Source: the human T2T-CHM13v2.0 reference genome, Homo sapiens. From it: DNA of 64,000 bases. The stretch is from assembly GCF_009914755.1 (NCBI RefSeq), contig NC_060948.1; one strand, 5' to 3'. The translations under genes and the position numbers were made by a program. Numbering within the stretch: position 1 is the first letter of the stretch; each line of letters begins with the position of its first letter. A model generated the notes under the pieces. That model made no database searches, had not been told where the DNA came from, and worked only from the letters and a program-made list of their open reading frames with translations. Positions 1-19,150 of this stretch are shown here, piece after piece.

Positions 1-369
1 TGAATATACCTTCAAAGCAGCAACACAGGTTCCCCATGAGAAAAAGCAAACACAGGGAAAGTAAAAACACAAAGGTTCAATCTCTTCTGACCTTTGAAAG
101 ACACAGCACAGACAGTGGTCCTTAGGACGAAGAGCAGGAGACCCCTAATTCCGTCACCATGGCGATAGGGCATAAACATTGCTGGGTGAGGGCACAATCC
201 ACATTGTGAGGTCCAACTGCTGCCAGGAAGACAGGAGTGCTTTTACATAGACCGAAAGGTCATTGAAGGCTCAGAGTTTTGTTTCAAGAACTGAATCCCA
301 AGCCCACACGTTATTAGGCTGCGCTTCTTAAAACAAGTTATGAGATGGGAAAAAGGGCACCCACAAACA

Positions 370-2219
<1,850 letters not shown>

Positions 2220-2789
2220 AGATCCATATTTTTTAAATGAAAAAAAATTTCAAAGGTACTCTGCTTGGTACAATAATCAAATGTATAAACTGAGGAATAA
2301 AACATAACCATGAAACCTACTTATAACTGCATATGGAAAATACAGAGGATAATTTTTTAAATAACATATTTTGAAAGCCTTAACTAGTAATTTGAAGAGC
2401 TGGCATTTGAAAGGCCAGTATGAATATACCTTCAAAGCAGCAACACAGGTTCCCCATGAGAAAAAGCAAACACAGGGAAAGTAAAAACACAAAGGTTCAA
2501 TCTCTTCTGACCTTTGAAAGACACAGCACAGACAGTGGTCCTTAGGACGAAGAGCAGGAGACCCCTAATTCCGTCACCATGGCGATAGGGCATAAACATT
2601 GCTGGGTGAGGGCACAATCCACATTGTGAGGTCCAACTGCTGCCAGGAAGACAGGAGTGCTTTTACATAGACCGAAAGGTCATTGAAGGCTCAGAGTTTT
2701 GTTTCAAGAACTGAATCCCAAGCCCACACGTTATTAGGCTGCGCTTCTTAAAACAAGTTATGAGATGGGAAAAAGGGCACCCACAAACA
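2220..2789. repeat. HSATI-like GC-richer block of the monomer (same offset in every unit; partial copy at 1-369)
   Basis: ~570 bp of non-simple sequence between the Alu 5' end and the AT-rich block. Position and size fit the HSATI component described for DYZ2; not aligned to the Dfam/RepBase consensus here. Confidence 0.8.
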
Positions 2790-4340
2790 TACGTATACAT
2801 TATGTATATAATAATATACAGTGTCATATATATAATATATATAACCTATGTATAATATTGTTTTACATCCTGCATCTTATGTTATATATATTGTATAAAA
2901 TATAATAATTGATAATATATAAGTTTTATATTTATACAATATGACATATAGTATATATTATAATTTATGACATATATAATATATGTTATATATCATATAT
3001 AGAATATATTATACGGTTAATATACGTATTAAATATAAATTATACATTATATATATTATATATAATATATCTGTTATATATAATACCCATTATGCATAAT
3101 ATATATATTATGTCTATGTTATATATAGTATAAAACAACATATAATAATATATAATTGTATATATAAAATGCGACATATAATATATATTATATTTTATAA
3201 CATATGTAATATATATTATATATAATACGTTGTATGTATAATACCTATATTAAATATATATTATATGACTATGTTATTAATTACATGTCACATGTGTTAT
3301 ATATTATATATTTTACATAGAATATACCGGTTACATACAATATATACTATGTTACCTATAATGTATAATTTATTACATGTAAGAAAAAGAATGCAATATA
3401 TTATGTAAAATTAATAATATACCATATGTGGAATGTGATATATATAACATATAATATATGATATATGATATACAGTATATGATATATAACATACAATATA
3501 TGACTCCTAATATATATGGTATACAATATATATTTTATGATATGTATTCTATATGTTTTATATTCTGTTATATATAACTATTTGAAATTATATATAACTG
3601 TATAATATTTTATGTAAATATGTAATATAATATATATAACTATATAATATATTATATATAACTATATATTATGTTATATATACTTTTATAACATAATTTA
3701 CATAAAATATCATAATATAATATATATTATATTATTTCATATTACATAATATATATTACATATCACCCAATATAACTAACATACATAATATTATAATATA
3801 GATTATATTGTGTTATATTAAATATCATATATATCATGTATCATATATTCTATAATATATATTACACATTATATATTATGTATGCTGTCTATTATGTGAT
3901 ATATATAACTCTATATATAATTATATTTTTATACATATAACTAGATAAACATGTAATTCTACATATTTTCATTTATAATATGTAGAATTATATAATCATA
4001 TATAATTATTTATATTCTATAAAAAATTTTATCATTATAGAAATTATAATATATAAAAATTATAATATGTACTACAAATATATATATTATATATCATATA
4101 TGCAATAGTACCTTTGTTATATATCATAATACATATAAATGTGTATTATGTTATCTATAATTATATAATTTCATATATAAGTTGTATAATATGTATCATA
4201 TATTATATATGTTACGTAATATATATAGTATATATAAGATGACACAGGATAAATATTATATACTATGACATATAAAATATATGAGGTTATATGTTACATA
4301 TAAGGCATAGCACATAACATGTAATATATATCATATATAA

Positions 4341-4632
4341 TTTTTTTTTAGACAGAATCTTGTCCTGTTGCACAGGGTGGGGTACAATGGCGCCATCTTT
4401 GCTCACTGCAACTTCTGCCTCACGGTTCCAAGCGATTGTCCTCCCTCAGCCTCCCAGGTAACTGGGACTACACCACACTGGGACTACACCAGCTGCCACC
4501 ATGCCTAGCTAATTTTTTGGATTTTTAGTAGTGACAGCGTTTCACTGTATTGGCCAGGATGGTCTTGATCTCTTCACCTTGTGATCCCCTTGCCTTGGCC
4601 TCCAAATTTGCTGGGATTACAGGCCTGAGCCA
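4341..4632 (-). mobile_element. Alu copy in U2
   Basis: Same motifs as 1928-2219. Confidence 0.95.
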
Positions 4633-6759
4633 AGATCCATATTTTTTAAATGAAAAAAAATTTCAAAGGTACTCTGCTTGGTACAATAATCAAATGTATA
4701 AACTGAGGAATAAAACATAACCACGAAACCTACTTATAACTGCATATGGAAAATACAGAGGATAATTTTTTAAATAACATATTTTGAAAGCCTTAACTAG
4801 TAATTTGAAGAGCTGGCATTTGAAAGGCCAGTATGAATATACCTTCAAAGCAGCAACACAGGTTCCCCATGAGAAAAAGCAAACACAGGGAAAGTAAAAA
4901 CACAAAGGTTCAATCTCTTCTGACCTTTGAAAGACACAGCACAGACAGTGGTCCTTAGGACGAAGAGCAGGAGACCCCTAATTCCGTCACCATGGCGATA
5001 GGGCATAAACATTGCTGGGTGAGGGCACAATCCACATTGTGAGGTCCAACTGCTGCCAGGAAGACAGGAGTGCTTTTACATAGACCGAAAGGTCATTGAA
5101 GGCTCAGAGTTTTGTTTCAAGAACTGAATCCCAAGCCCACACGTTATTAGGCTGCGCTTCTTAAAACAAGTTATGAGATGGGAAAAAGGGCACCCACAAA
5201 CATACGTATACAGTATGTATATTATAAAATACAGTATCATATATATAATATATATAACCTATGTATAATATTGTTTTACATCCTGCATCTTATGTTATAT
5301 ATATTGTATAAAATATAATAATTGATAATATATAAGTTTTATAATTATACAGTAAGACATATAGTATATATTATAATTTATGACATATGTAATATATGTT
5401 ATATGTCATATATAGAATATATTATACGGTTAATATACGTATTAAATATAAATTATACATTATATATATTATATATAATATATCTGTTATATATAATACC
5501 CAATATGCATAATATATATATTATGTCTATGTTATATATAGTATAAAACAACATATAATAATATATAATTGTATATATAAAATGCGACATATAATATATA
5601 TTATAATTTGTAACATATGTAATATATATTATATATTATATATAATATGTTGTATGTATAATACCTATATTAAATATATATTATATGACTATGTTATTAA
5701 TTACATGTCACATGTGTTATATATTATATATTTTACATAGAATATACCGGTTACATACAACATATACTATGTTACCTATAATGTATAATTTATTACATGT
5801 AAAATAACAATGCAATATATTATGTATAATTTATAATATACCATATGTGGAATGTGATATATATAACATATAATATATGATATATCATATACAGTATATG
5901 ATATATAACATACAATATATGATTCCTAATATATATGGTATACAATATATATTTTATGATATGTATTCTATATGTTTTATATTCTGTTATATATAACTAT
6001 TTGAAATTATATATAACTGTATAATATTTTATGTAAATATGTAATATAATATATATAACTATATAATATATTATATATAACTATATATTATATTATATAT
6101 ACTTTTATAACATAATTTACATAAAATATCATAATATAATATATATTATATTATTTCATATTACATAATACATATTACATATCTCCCAATATAACTAACA
6201 TACATAATATTATAATATAGATTATATTATGTTATATTAAATATCATATATATCATGTATCATATATTCTATAACATATATTACACATTATATAATATGT
6301 ATGTTGTCTATTATGTGATATATATAACTATATATATAATTATATTTTTATACATATAACTAGATAAACCTGTAATTCTACATATTTTCATTTATAATAT
6401 GTAGAATTATATAATCATATATAATTATTTATATTCTATAAAAAATTTTATCATTATATAAATTATAATATATAAAAATTATAATATGTACTACAAATAT
6501 ATATATTATATATCATATATGCTATAGTACCTTTGTTATATATCATAATACATATAAATGTTTATTATGTTTTCTATAATTATATAATTTCATATATAAG
6601 TTGTATAATATGTATCATATATTATATATGTTATGTAATATATATAGTATATATAAGATGACACAGGATAAATATTATATACTATGACATATAAAATATA
6701 TGAGGTTATATGTTACATATAAGGCATAGCACATAACATGTAATATATATCATATATAA

Positions 6760-7051
6760 TTTTTTTTTAGACAGAATCTTGTCCTGTTGCACAGGGTGGG
6801 GTACAATGGCGCCATCTTTGCTCACTGCAACTTCTGCCTCACGGTTCCAAGCGATTGTCCTCCCTCAGCCTCCCAGGTAGCTGGGACTACACCACACTGG
6901 GACTACACCAGCTGCCACCATGCCTAGCTAATTTTTTGGATTTTTAGTAGTGACAGCGTTTCACTGTATTGGCCAGGATGGTCTTGATCTCTTCACCTTG
7001 TGATCCCCTTGCCTTGGCCTCCAAATTTGCTGGGATTACAGGCCTGAGCCA
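6760..7051 (-). mobile_element. Alu copy in U3
   Basis: Same motifs as 1928-2219. Confidence 0.95.
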
Positions 7052-9156
7052 AGATCCATATTTTTTAAATGAAAAAAAATTTCAAAGGTACTCTGCTTGG
7101 TACAATAATCAAATGTATAAACTGAGGAATAAAACATAACCATGAAACCTACTTATAACTGCATATGGAAAATACAGAGGATAATTTTTTAAATAACATA
7201 TTTTGAAAGCCTTAACTAGTAATTTGAAGAGCTGGCATTTGAAAGGCCAGTATGAATATACCTTCAAAGCAGCAACACAGGTTCCCCATGAGAAAAAGCA
7301 AACACAGGGAAAGTAAAAACACAAAGGTTCAATCTCTTCTGACCTTTGAAAGACACAGCACAGACAGTGGTCCTTAGGACGAAGAGCAGGAGACCCCTAA
7401 TTCCGTCACCATGGCGATAGGGCATAAACATTGCTGGGTGAGGGCACAATCCACATTGTGAGGTCCAACTGCTGCCAGGAAGACAGGAGTGCTTTTACAT
7501 AGACCGAAAGGTCATTGAAGGCTCAGAGTTTTGTTTCAAGAACTGAATCCCAAGCCCACACGTTATTAGGCTGCGCTTCTTAAAACAAGTTATGAGATGG
7601 GAAAAAGGGCACCCACAAACATACGTATACATTATGTATATAATAATATACAGTATCATATATATAATATATATAACCTATGTATAATATTGTTTTACAT
7701 CCTGCATCTTATGTAATATATATTGTATAAAATATAATAATTGATAATATATAAGTTTTATAATTATACAGTAAGACATATAGTATATATTATAATTTAT
7801 GACATATGTAATATATGTTATATGTCATATATAGAATATATTATACGGTTAATATACGTATTAAATATAAATTATACATTATATATATTATATATAATAT
7901 ATCTGTTATATATAATACCCAATATGCATAATATATATATTATGTCTATATTATATATAGTATAAAACAACATATAATAATATATAATTGTATATATAAA
8001 ATGCGACATATAATATATATTATAATTTGTAACATATGTAATATATATTATATATTATATATAATATGTTGTATGTATAATACCTATATTAAATATATAT
8101 TATATGACTATGTTATTAATTACATGTCACATGTGTTATATATTATATATTTTACATAGAATATACCGGTTACATACAACATATACTATGTTACCTATAA
8201 TGTATAATTTATTACATGTAAAATAAAGAATGCAATATATTATGTATAATTTATAATATACCATATGTGGAATGTGATATATATAACATATAATATATGA
8301 TATATCATATACAGTATATGATATATAACATACAATATATGATTCCTAATATATATGGTATACAATATATATTTTATGATATGTATTCTATATGTTTTAT
8401 ATTCTGTTATATATAACTATTTGAAATTATATATAACTGTATAATATTTTATGTAAATATGTAATATAATATATATAACTATATAATATATTATATATAA
8501 CTATATATTATATTATATATACTTTTATAACATAATTTACATAAAATATCATAATATAATATATATTATATTATTTCATATTACATAATACATATTACAT
8601 ATCACCCAATATAACTAACATACATAATATTATAATATAGATTATATTATGTTATATTAAATATCATATATATCATGTATCATATATTCTATAATATATA
8701 TTACACATTATATAATATGTATGTTGTCTATTATGTGATATATATAACTATACATATAATTATATTTTTATACATATAACTAGATAAACCTGTAATTCTA
8801 CATATTTTCATTTATAATATGTAGAATTATATAATCATATATAATTATTTATATTCTATAAAAAATTTTATCATTATGTAAATTATAATATATAAAAATT
8901 ATAATATGTACTACAAATATATATATTATATATCATATATGCTATAGTACCTTTGTTATATATCATAATACATATAAATGTTTATTATGTTATCTATAAT
9001 TATATAATTTCATATATAAGTTGTATAATATGTATCATATATTATATATGTTATGTAATATATATAGTATATATAAGATGACACAGGATAAATATTATAT
9101 ACTATGACATATAAAATATATGAGGTTATATGTTACATATAAGGCATAGCACATAA

Positions 9157-9471
<315 letters not shown>

Positions 9472-11575
9472 AGATCCATATTTTTTAAATGAAAAAAAAT
9501 TTCAAAGGTACTCTGCTTGGTACAATAATCAAATGTATAAACTGAGGAATAAAACATAACCATGAAACCTACTTATAACTGCATATGGAAAATACAGAGG
9601 ATAATTTTTTAAATAACATAGTTTGAAAGCCTTAACTAGTAATTTGAAGAGTTGGCATTTGAAAGGCCAGTATGAATATACCTTCAAAGCAGCAACACAG
9701 GTTCCCCATGCGAAAAAGCAAACACAGGGAAAATAAAAACACAAAGGTTCAATCTCTTCTGACCTTTGAAAGACACAGCACAGACAGTGGTCCTTAGGAC
9801 GAAGAGCAGGAGACCCCTAATTCCGTCACCATGGCGATAGGGCATAAACATTGCTGGGTGAGGGCACAATCCACATTGTGAGGTCCAACTGCTGCCAGGA
9901 AGACAGGAGTGCTTTTACATAGACCGAAAGGTCATTGAAGGCTGAGAGTTTTGTTTCAAGAACTGAATCCCAAGCCCACACGTTATTAGGCTGCGCTTCT
10001 TAAAACAAGTTATGAGATGGGAAAAAGGGCACCCACATACTTACGTATACATTATGTATATAATAATATACAGTATCATATATATAATATATATAACCTA
10101 TGTATAATATTGTTTTACATCCTGCATCTTATGTTATATATATTGTATAAAATATAATAATTGATAATATATAAGTTTTATAATTATACAATATGACATA
10201 TAGTATATATTATAATTTATGACATATATAATATATGTTATATGTCATATATAGAATATATTATACGGTTAACATACGTATTAAATATAAATTATACATT
10301 ATATATATTATATATAATATATCTGTTATATATAATACCCATTATGCATAATATATATATTATGTCTATGTTATATATAGTATAAAACAACATATAATAA
10401 TATATAATTGTATATATAAAATGCGACATATAATATATATTATATTTTATAACATATGTAATATATAATATATATTATATATAATACGTTGTATGTATAA
10501 TACCTATATTAAATATATATTATATGACTATGTTATTAATTACATGTCACATGTGTTATATATTATATATTTTACATAGAATATACCGGTTACATACAAT
10601 ATATACTATGTTACCAATAATGTATAATTTATTACCTGTAAAATAAAGAATGCAATATATTATGTATAATTTATAATATACCATATGTGGAATGTCATAT
10701 ATATAACATATAATATATGATATATGATATACAGTATATGATATATAACATACAATATATGATTCCTAATATATATGGTATACAATATATATTTTATGAT
10801 ATGTATTCTATATGTTTTATATTCTGTTATATATAACTATTTGAAATTATATATAACTGTATAATATTTTATGTAAATATGTAATATAATATATATAATA
10901 TATAATATATTATATATAACTATATATTATGTTATATATACTTTTATAACATAATTTACATAAAATATCATAATATAATATATATTATATTATTTCATAT
11001 TACATAATATATATTACATATCACCCAATATAACTAACATACATAATATTATAATATAGATTATATTATGTTATATTAAATAGCATATATATCATGTATC
11101 ATATATTCTATAATATATATTACACATTATATAATATGTATGTTGTCTATTATGTGATATATATAACTCTATATATAATTATATTTTTATACATATAACT
11201 AGATAAACATGTAATTCTACATATTTTCATTTATAATATGTAGAATTATATAATCATATATAATTATTTATATTCTATAAAAAATTTTATCATTATATAA
11301 ATTATAATATATAAAAATTATAATATGTACTACAAATATATATATTATATATCATATATGATATAGTACCTTTGTTATATATCATAATACATATAAATGT
11401 GTATTATGTTTTCTATAATTATATAATTTCATATATAAGATGTATAATATGTATCATATATTATATATGTTATGTAATATATGTAGTATATATAAGATGA
11501 CACAGGATAAATATTATATACTATGACATATAAAATATATCAGGTTATATGTTACATATAAGGCATAGCACATAA

Positions 11576-11890
<315 letters not shown>

Positions 11891-14018
11891 AGATCCCTAT
11901 TTTTTAAATGAAAAAAAATTTCAAAGGTACTCTGCTTGGTACAATAATCAAATATATAAACTGAGGAATAAAACACAACCATGAAACCTACTTATAACTG
12001 CATATGGAAAATACAGAGGATAATTTTTTAAATAACATATTTTGAAAGCCTTAACTAGTAATTTGAAGAGTTGGCATTTGAAAGGCCAGTATGAATATAC
12101 CTTCAAAGCAGCAACACAGGTTCCCCATGAGAAAAAGCAAACACAGGGAAAATAAAAACACAAAGGTTCAATCTCTTCTGACCTTTGAAAGACACAGCAC
12201 AGACAGTGGTCCTTAGGACGAAGAGCAGGAGACCCCTAATTCCGTCACCATGGCGATAGGGCATAAACATTGCTGGGTGAGGGCACAATCCACATTGTGA
12301 GGTCCAACTGCTGCCAGGAAGACAGGAGTGCTTTTACATAGACCGAAACGTCATTGAAGGCTCAGAGTTTTGTTTCAAGAACTGAATCCCAAGCCCACAC
12401 GTTATTAGGCTGCGCTTCTTAAAACAAGTTATGAGATGGGAAAAAGGGCACCCACAAACATACGTATACATTATGTATATAATAATATACAGTATCATAT
12501 ATATAATATATATAACCTATGTATAATATTGTTTTACATCCTGCATCTTATGTTATATATATTGTATAAAATATAATAATTGATAATATATAAGTTTTAT
12601 AATTATACAATATGACATATAGTATATATTATAATTTATGACATATATAATATATGTTATATGTCACATATAGAATATATTATACGGTTAATATACGTAT
12701 TAAATATAAATTATACATTATATATATTATATATAATATATCTGTTATATATAATACCCATTATGCATAATATATATATTATGTCTATGTTATATATAGT
12801 ATAAAACAACATATAATAATATATAATTGTATATATAAAATGCGACATATAATATATATTATATTTTATAACATATGAAATATATATTATATATTATATA
12901 TAATACGTTGTATGTATAATACCTATATTAAATATATATTATATGACTATGTTATTAATTACATGTCACATGTGTTATATATTATATATTTTACATAGAA
13001 TATACCGGTTACATACAATATATACTATATTACCTATAATGTATTATTTATTACATGTAAAATAAAGAATGCAATATATTATGTATAATTTATAATATAC
13101 CATATGTGGAATGTCATATATATAACATATAATATATGATATATGATATACAGTATATGATATATAACATACAATATATGATTCCTAATACATATGGTAT
13201 ACAATATATATTTTATGATATGTATTCTATATGTTTTATATTCTGTTATATATAACTATTTGAAATTATATATAACTGTATAATATTTTATGTAAATATG
13301 TAATATAATATATATAACTATATAATATATTATATATAACTATATATTATGTTATATATACTTTTATAACATAATTTACATAAAATATCATAATATAATA
13401 TATATTATATTATTTCATATTACATAATATATATTACATATCACCCAATATAACTAACATACATAATATTATAATATAGATTATATTATGTTATATTAAA
13501 TATCATATAAATCATGTATCATATATTCTATAATATATATTACACATTATATAATATGTATGTTGTCTATTATGTGATATATATAACTCTATATATAATT
13601 ATATTTTTATACATATAACTAGATAAACATGTAATTCTACATATTTTCATTTATAATATGTAGAATTATATAATCATATATAATTATTTATATTCTATAA
13701 AAAATTTTATCATTCTCTAAATTATAATATATAAAAATTATAATATGTACTACAAATATATATATTATATATCATATATGATATAGTACCTTTGTTATAT
13801 ATCATAATACATATAAATGTGTATTATGCTTTCTATAATTATATAATTTCATATATAAGATGTATAATATGTATCATATATTATATATGTTATGTAATAT
13901 ATGTAGTATATATAAGATGACACAGGATAAATATTATATACTATGACATATAAAATATATCAGGTTATATGTTACATATAAGGCGTAGCACATAACATGT
14001 AATATATATCATATATAA

Positions 14019-14310
14019 TTTTTTTTTAGACATAATCTTGTCCTGTTGCACAGGGTGGGGTACAATGGCGCCATCTTTGCTCACTGCAACTTCTGCCTCA
14101 CAGGTCCAAGCGATTGTCCTCCCTCAGCCTCCCAGGTAGCTGGGACTACACCACACTGGGACTACACCAGCTGCCACCATGCCTAGCTAATTATTTGGAT
14201 TTTTAGTAGTGACAGCGTTTCACTGTATTGGCCAGGATGGTCTTGATCTCTTCACCTTGTGATCCCCTTGCCTTGGCCTCCAAATTTGCTGGGATTACAG
14301 GCCTGAGCCA
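14019..14310 (-). mobile_element. Alu copy in U6
   Basis: Same motifs as 1928-2219. Confidence 0.95.
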
Positions 14311-16415
14311 AGATCCATATTTTTTAAATGAAAAAAAATTTCAAAGGTACTCTGCTTGGTACAATAATCAAATGTATAAACTGAGGAATAAAACATAACC
14401 ATGAAACCTACTTATAACTGCATATGGAAAATACAGAGGATAATTTTTTAAATAACGTATTTTGAAAGCCTTAACTAGTAATTTGAAGAGCTGGCATTTG
14501 AAAGTCCAGTATGAATATACCTTCAAAGCAGCAACACAGGTTCCCCATGAGAAAAAGCAAACACAGGGAAAATAAAAACACAAAGGTTCAATCTCTTCTG
14601 ACCTTTGAAAGACACAGCACAGACAGTGGTCCTTAGGACGAAGAGCAGGAGACCCCTAATTCCGTCACCATGGCGATAGGGCATAAACATTGCTGGGTGA
14701 GGGCACAATCCACATTGTGAGGTCCAACTGCTGCCAGGAAGACAGGAGTGCTTTTACATAGACCGAAAGGTCATTGAAGGCTCAGAGTTTTGTTTCAAGA
14801 ACTGAATCCCAAGCCCACACGTTATTAGGCTGCGCTTCTTAAAACAAGTTATGAGATGGGAAAAAGGGCACCCACAAACATACGTATACATTATGTATAT
14901 AATAATATACAGTATCATATATATAATATATATAACCTATGTATAATATTGTTTTACATCCTGCATCTTATGTTATATATATTGTATAAAATATAATAAT
15001 TGATAATATATAAGTTTTATAATTATACAATATGACATATAGTATATATTATAATTTATGACATATATAATATATGTTATATGTCATATATAGAATATAT
15101 TATACGGTTAACATACGTATTAAATATAAATTATACATTATATATATTATATATAATATATCTGTTATATATAATACCCATTATGCATAATATATATATT
15201 ATGTCTATGTTATATATAGTATAAAACAACATATAATAATATATAATTGTGTATATAAAATGCGACATATAATATATATTATATTTTATAACATATGTAA
15301 TATATATTATATATTATATATAATACGTTGTATGTATAATACCTATATTAAATATATATTATATGACTATGTTATTAATGACATGTCACATGTGTTATAT
15401 ATTATATATTTTACATAGAATATACCGGTTACATACAATATATACTATGTTACCTATAATGTGTAATTTATTACCTGTAAAATAAAGAATGCAATATATT
15501 ATGTAAAATTTATAATATACCATATGTGGAATGTCATATATATAACATATAATATATGATATATGATATACAGTATATGATATATAACATACAATATATG
15601 ATTCCTAATATATATGGTATACAATATATATTTTATGATATGTATTCTATATGTTTTATATTCTGTTATATATAACTATTTGAAATTATATATAACTGTA
15701 TAATATCTTATGTAAATATGTAATATAATATATATAACTATATAATATATTATATATAACTATATATTATGTTATATATACTTTTATATCATAATTTACA
15801 TAAAATATCTTAATATAATATATATTATATTATTTCATATTACATAATATATATTACATATCACCCAATATAACTAACATACATAATATTATAATATAGA
15901 TTATATTATGTTATATTAAATAGCATATATATCATGTATCATATATTCTATAATATATATTACACATTATATAATATGTATGTTGTCTATTATGTTATAT
16001 ATATAACTCTATATATAATTATATTTTTATACATATAACTAGATAAACATGTAATTCTACATATTTTCATTTATAATATGTAGAATTATATAATCATATA
16101 TAATTATTTATATTCTATAAAAAATTTTATCATTATATAAATTATAATATATAAAAATTATAATATGTACTACAAATATATATATTATATATCATATATG
16201 ATATAGTACCTTTGTTATATATCATAATACATATAAATGTGTATTATGTTTTCTATAATTATATAATTTCATATATAAGATGTATAATATGTATCATATA
16301 TTATATATGTTATGTAATATATGTAGTATATATAAGATGACACAGGATAAATATTATATACTATGACATATAAAATATATCAGGTTATATGTTACATATA
16401 AGGCATAGCACATAA

Positions 16416-16730
<315 letters not shown>

Positions 16731-18858
16731 AGATCCCTATTTTTTAAATGAAAAAAAATTTCAAAGGTACTCTGCTTGGTACAATAATCAAATATATAAA
16801 CTGAGGAATAAAACATAACCATGAAACCTACTTATAACTGCATATGGAAAATACAGAGGATAATTTTTTAAATAACATATTTTGAAAGCCTTAACTAGTA
16901 ATTTGAAGAGTTGGCATTTGAAAGGCCAGTATGAATATACCTTCAAAGCAGCAACACAGGTTCCCCATGAGAAAAAGCAAACACAGGGAAAATAAAAACA
17001 CAAAGGTTCAATCTCTTCTGACCTTTGAAAGACACAGCACAGACAGTGGTCCTTAGGACGAAGAGCAGGAGACCCCTAATTCCGTCACCATGGCGATAGG
17101 GCATAAACATTGCTGGGTGAGGGCACAATCCACATTGTGAGGTCCAACTGCTGCCAGGAAGACAGGAGTGCTTTTACATAGACCGAAAGGTCATTGAAGG
17201 CTCAGAGTTTTGTTTCAAGAACTGAATCCCAAGCCCACACGTTATTAGGCTGCGCTTCTTAAAACAAGTTATGAGATGGGAAAAAGGGCACCCACAAACA
17301 TACGTATACATTATGTATATAATAATATACAGTATCATATATATAATATATATAACCTATGTATAATATTGTTTTACATCCTGCATCTTATGTTATATAT
17401 ATTGTATAAAATATAATAATTGATAATATATAAGTTTTATAATTATACAATATGACATATAGTATATATTATAATTTATGACATATATAATATATGTTAT
17501 ATGTCACATATAGAATATATTATACGGTTAATATACGTATTAAATATAAATTATACATTATATATATTATATATAATATATCTGTTATATATAATACCCA
17601 TTATGCATAATATATATATTATGTCTATGTTATATATAGTATAAAACAACATATAATAATATATAATTGTATATATAAAATGCGACATATAATATATATT
17701 ATATTTTATAACATATGAAATATATATTATATATTATATATAATACGTTGTATGTATAATACCTATATTAAATATATATTATATGACTATGTTATTAATT
17801 ACATGTCACATGTGTTATATATTATATATTTTACATAGAATATACCGGTTACATACAATATATACTATGTTACCTATAATGTATTATTTATTACATGTAA
17901 AATAAAGAATGCAATATATTATGTATAATTTATAATATACCATATGTGGAATGTCATATATATAACATATAATATATGATATATGATATACAGTATATGA
18001 TATATAACATACAATATATGATTCCTAATACATATGGTATACAATATATATTTTATGATATGTATTCTATATGTTTTATATTCTGTTATATATAACTATT
18101 TGAAATTATATATAACTGTATAATATTTTATGTAAATATGTAATATAATATATATAACTATATAATATATTATATATAACTATATATTATGTTATATATA
18201 CTTTTATAACATAATTTACATAAAATATCATAATATAATATATATTATATTATTTCATATTACATAATATATATTACATATCACCCAATATAACTAACAT
18301 ACATAATATTATAATATAGATTATATTATGTTATATTAAATATCATATAAATCATGTATCATATATTCTATAATATATAATACACATTATATAATATGTA
18401 TGTTGTCTATTATGTGATATATATAACTCTATATATAATTATATTTTTATACATATAACTAGATAAACATGTAATTCTACATATTTTCATTTATAATATG
18501 TAGAATTATATAATCATATATAATTATTTATATTCTATAAAAAATTTTATCATTCTCTAAATTATAATATATAAAAATTATAATATGTACTACAAATATA
18601 TATATTATATATCATATATGATATAGTACCTTTGTTATATATCATAATACATATAAATGTGTATTATGTTATCTATAATTATATAATTTCATATATAAGA
18701 TGTATAATATGTATCATATATTATATATGTTATGTAATATATGTAGTATATATAAGATGACACAGGATAAATATTATATACTATGACATATAAAATATAT
18801 CAGGTTATATGTTACATATAAGGCGTAGCACATAACATGTAATATATATCATATATAA

Positions 18859-19150
18859 TTTTTTTTTAGACAGAATCTTGTCCTGTTGCACAGGGTGGGG
18901 TACAATGGCGCCATCTTTGCTCACTGCAACTTCTGCCTCACAGGTCCAAGCGATTGTCCTCCCTCAGCCTCCCAGATAGCTGGGACTACACCACACTGGG
19001 ACTACACCAGCTGCCACCATGCCTAGCTGATTATTTGGATTTTTAGTAGTGACAGCGTTTCACTGTATTGGCCAGGATGGTCTTGATCTCTTCACCTTGT
19101 GATCCCCTTGCCTTGGCCTCCAAATTTGCTGGGATTACAGGCCTGAGCCA
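18859..19150 (-). mobile_element. Alu copy in U8
   Basis: Same motifs as 1928-2219. Confidence 0.95.

Noticed and set aside
12-197. Recurrent 61-aa minus-strand ORF (MCPHPAMFMPY...)
   Set aside because: TTG start and no recognisable domain. It recurs only because the DNA is repeated, is broken by a stop in U12 (CTCTTCTAACC) and is frameshifted in U15/U17.
2277-2492. Recurrent 71-aa minus-strand ORF (MCFYFPCVCFF...)
   Set aside because: Low-complexity translation of A-rich satellite, lost in units carrying the AACTCAGG allele; no coding signal.
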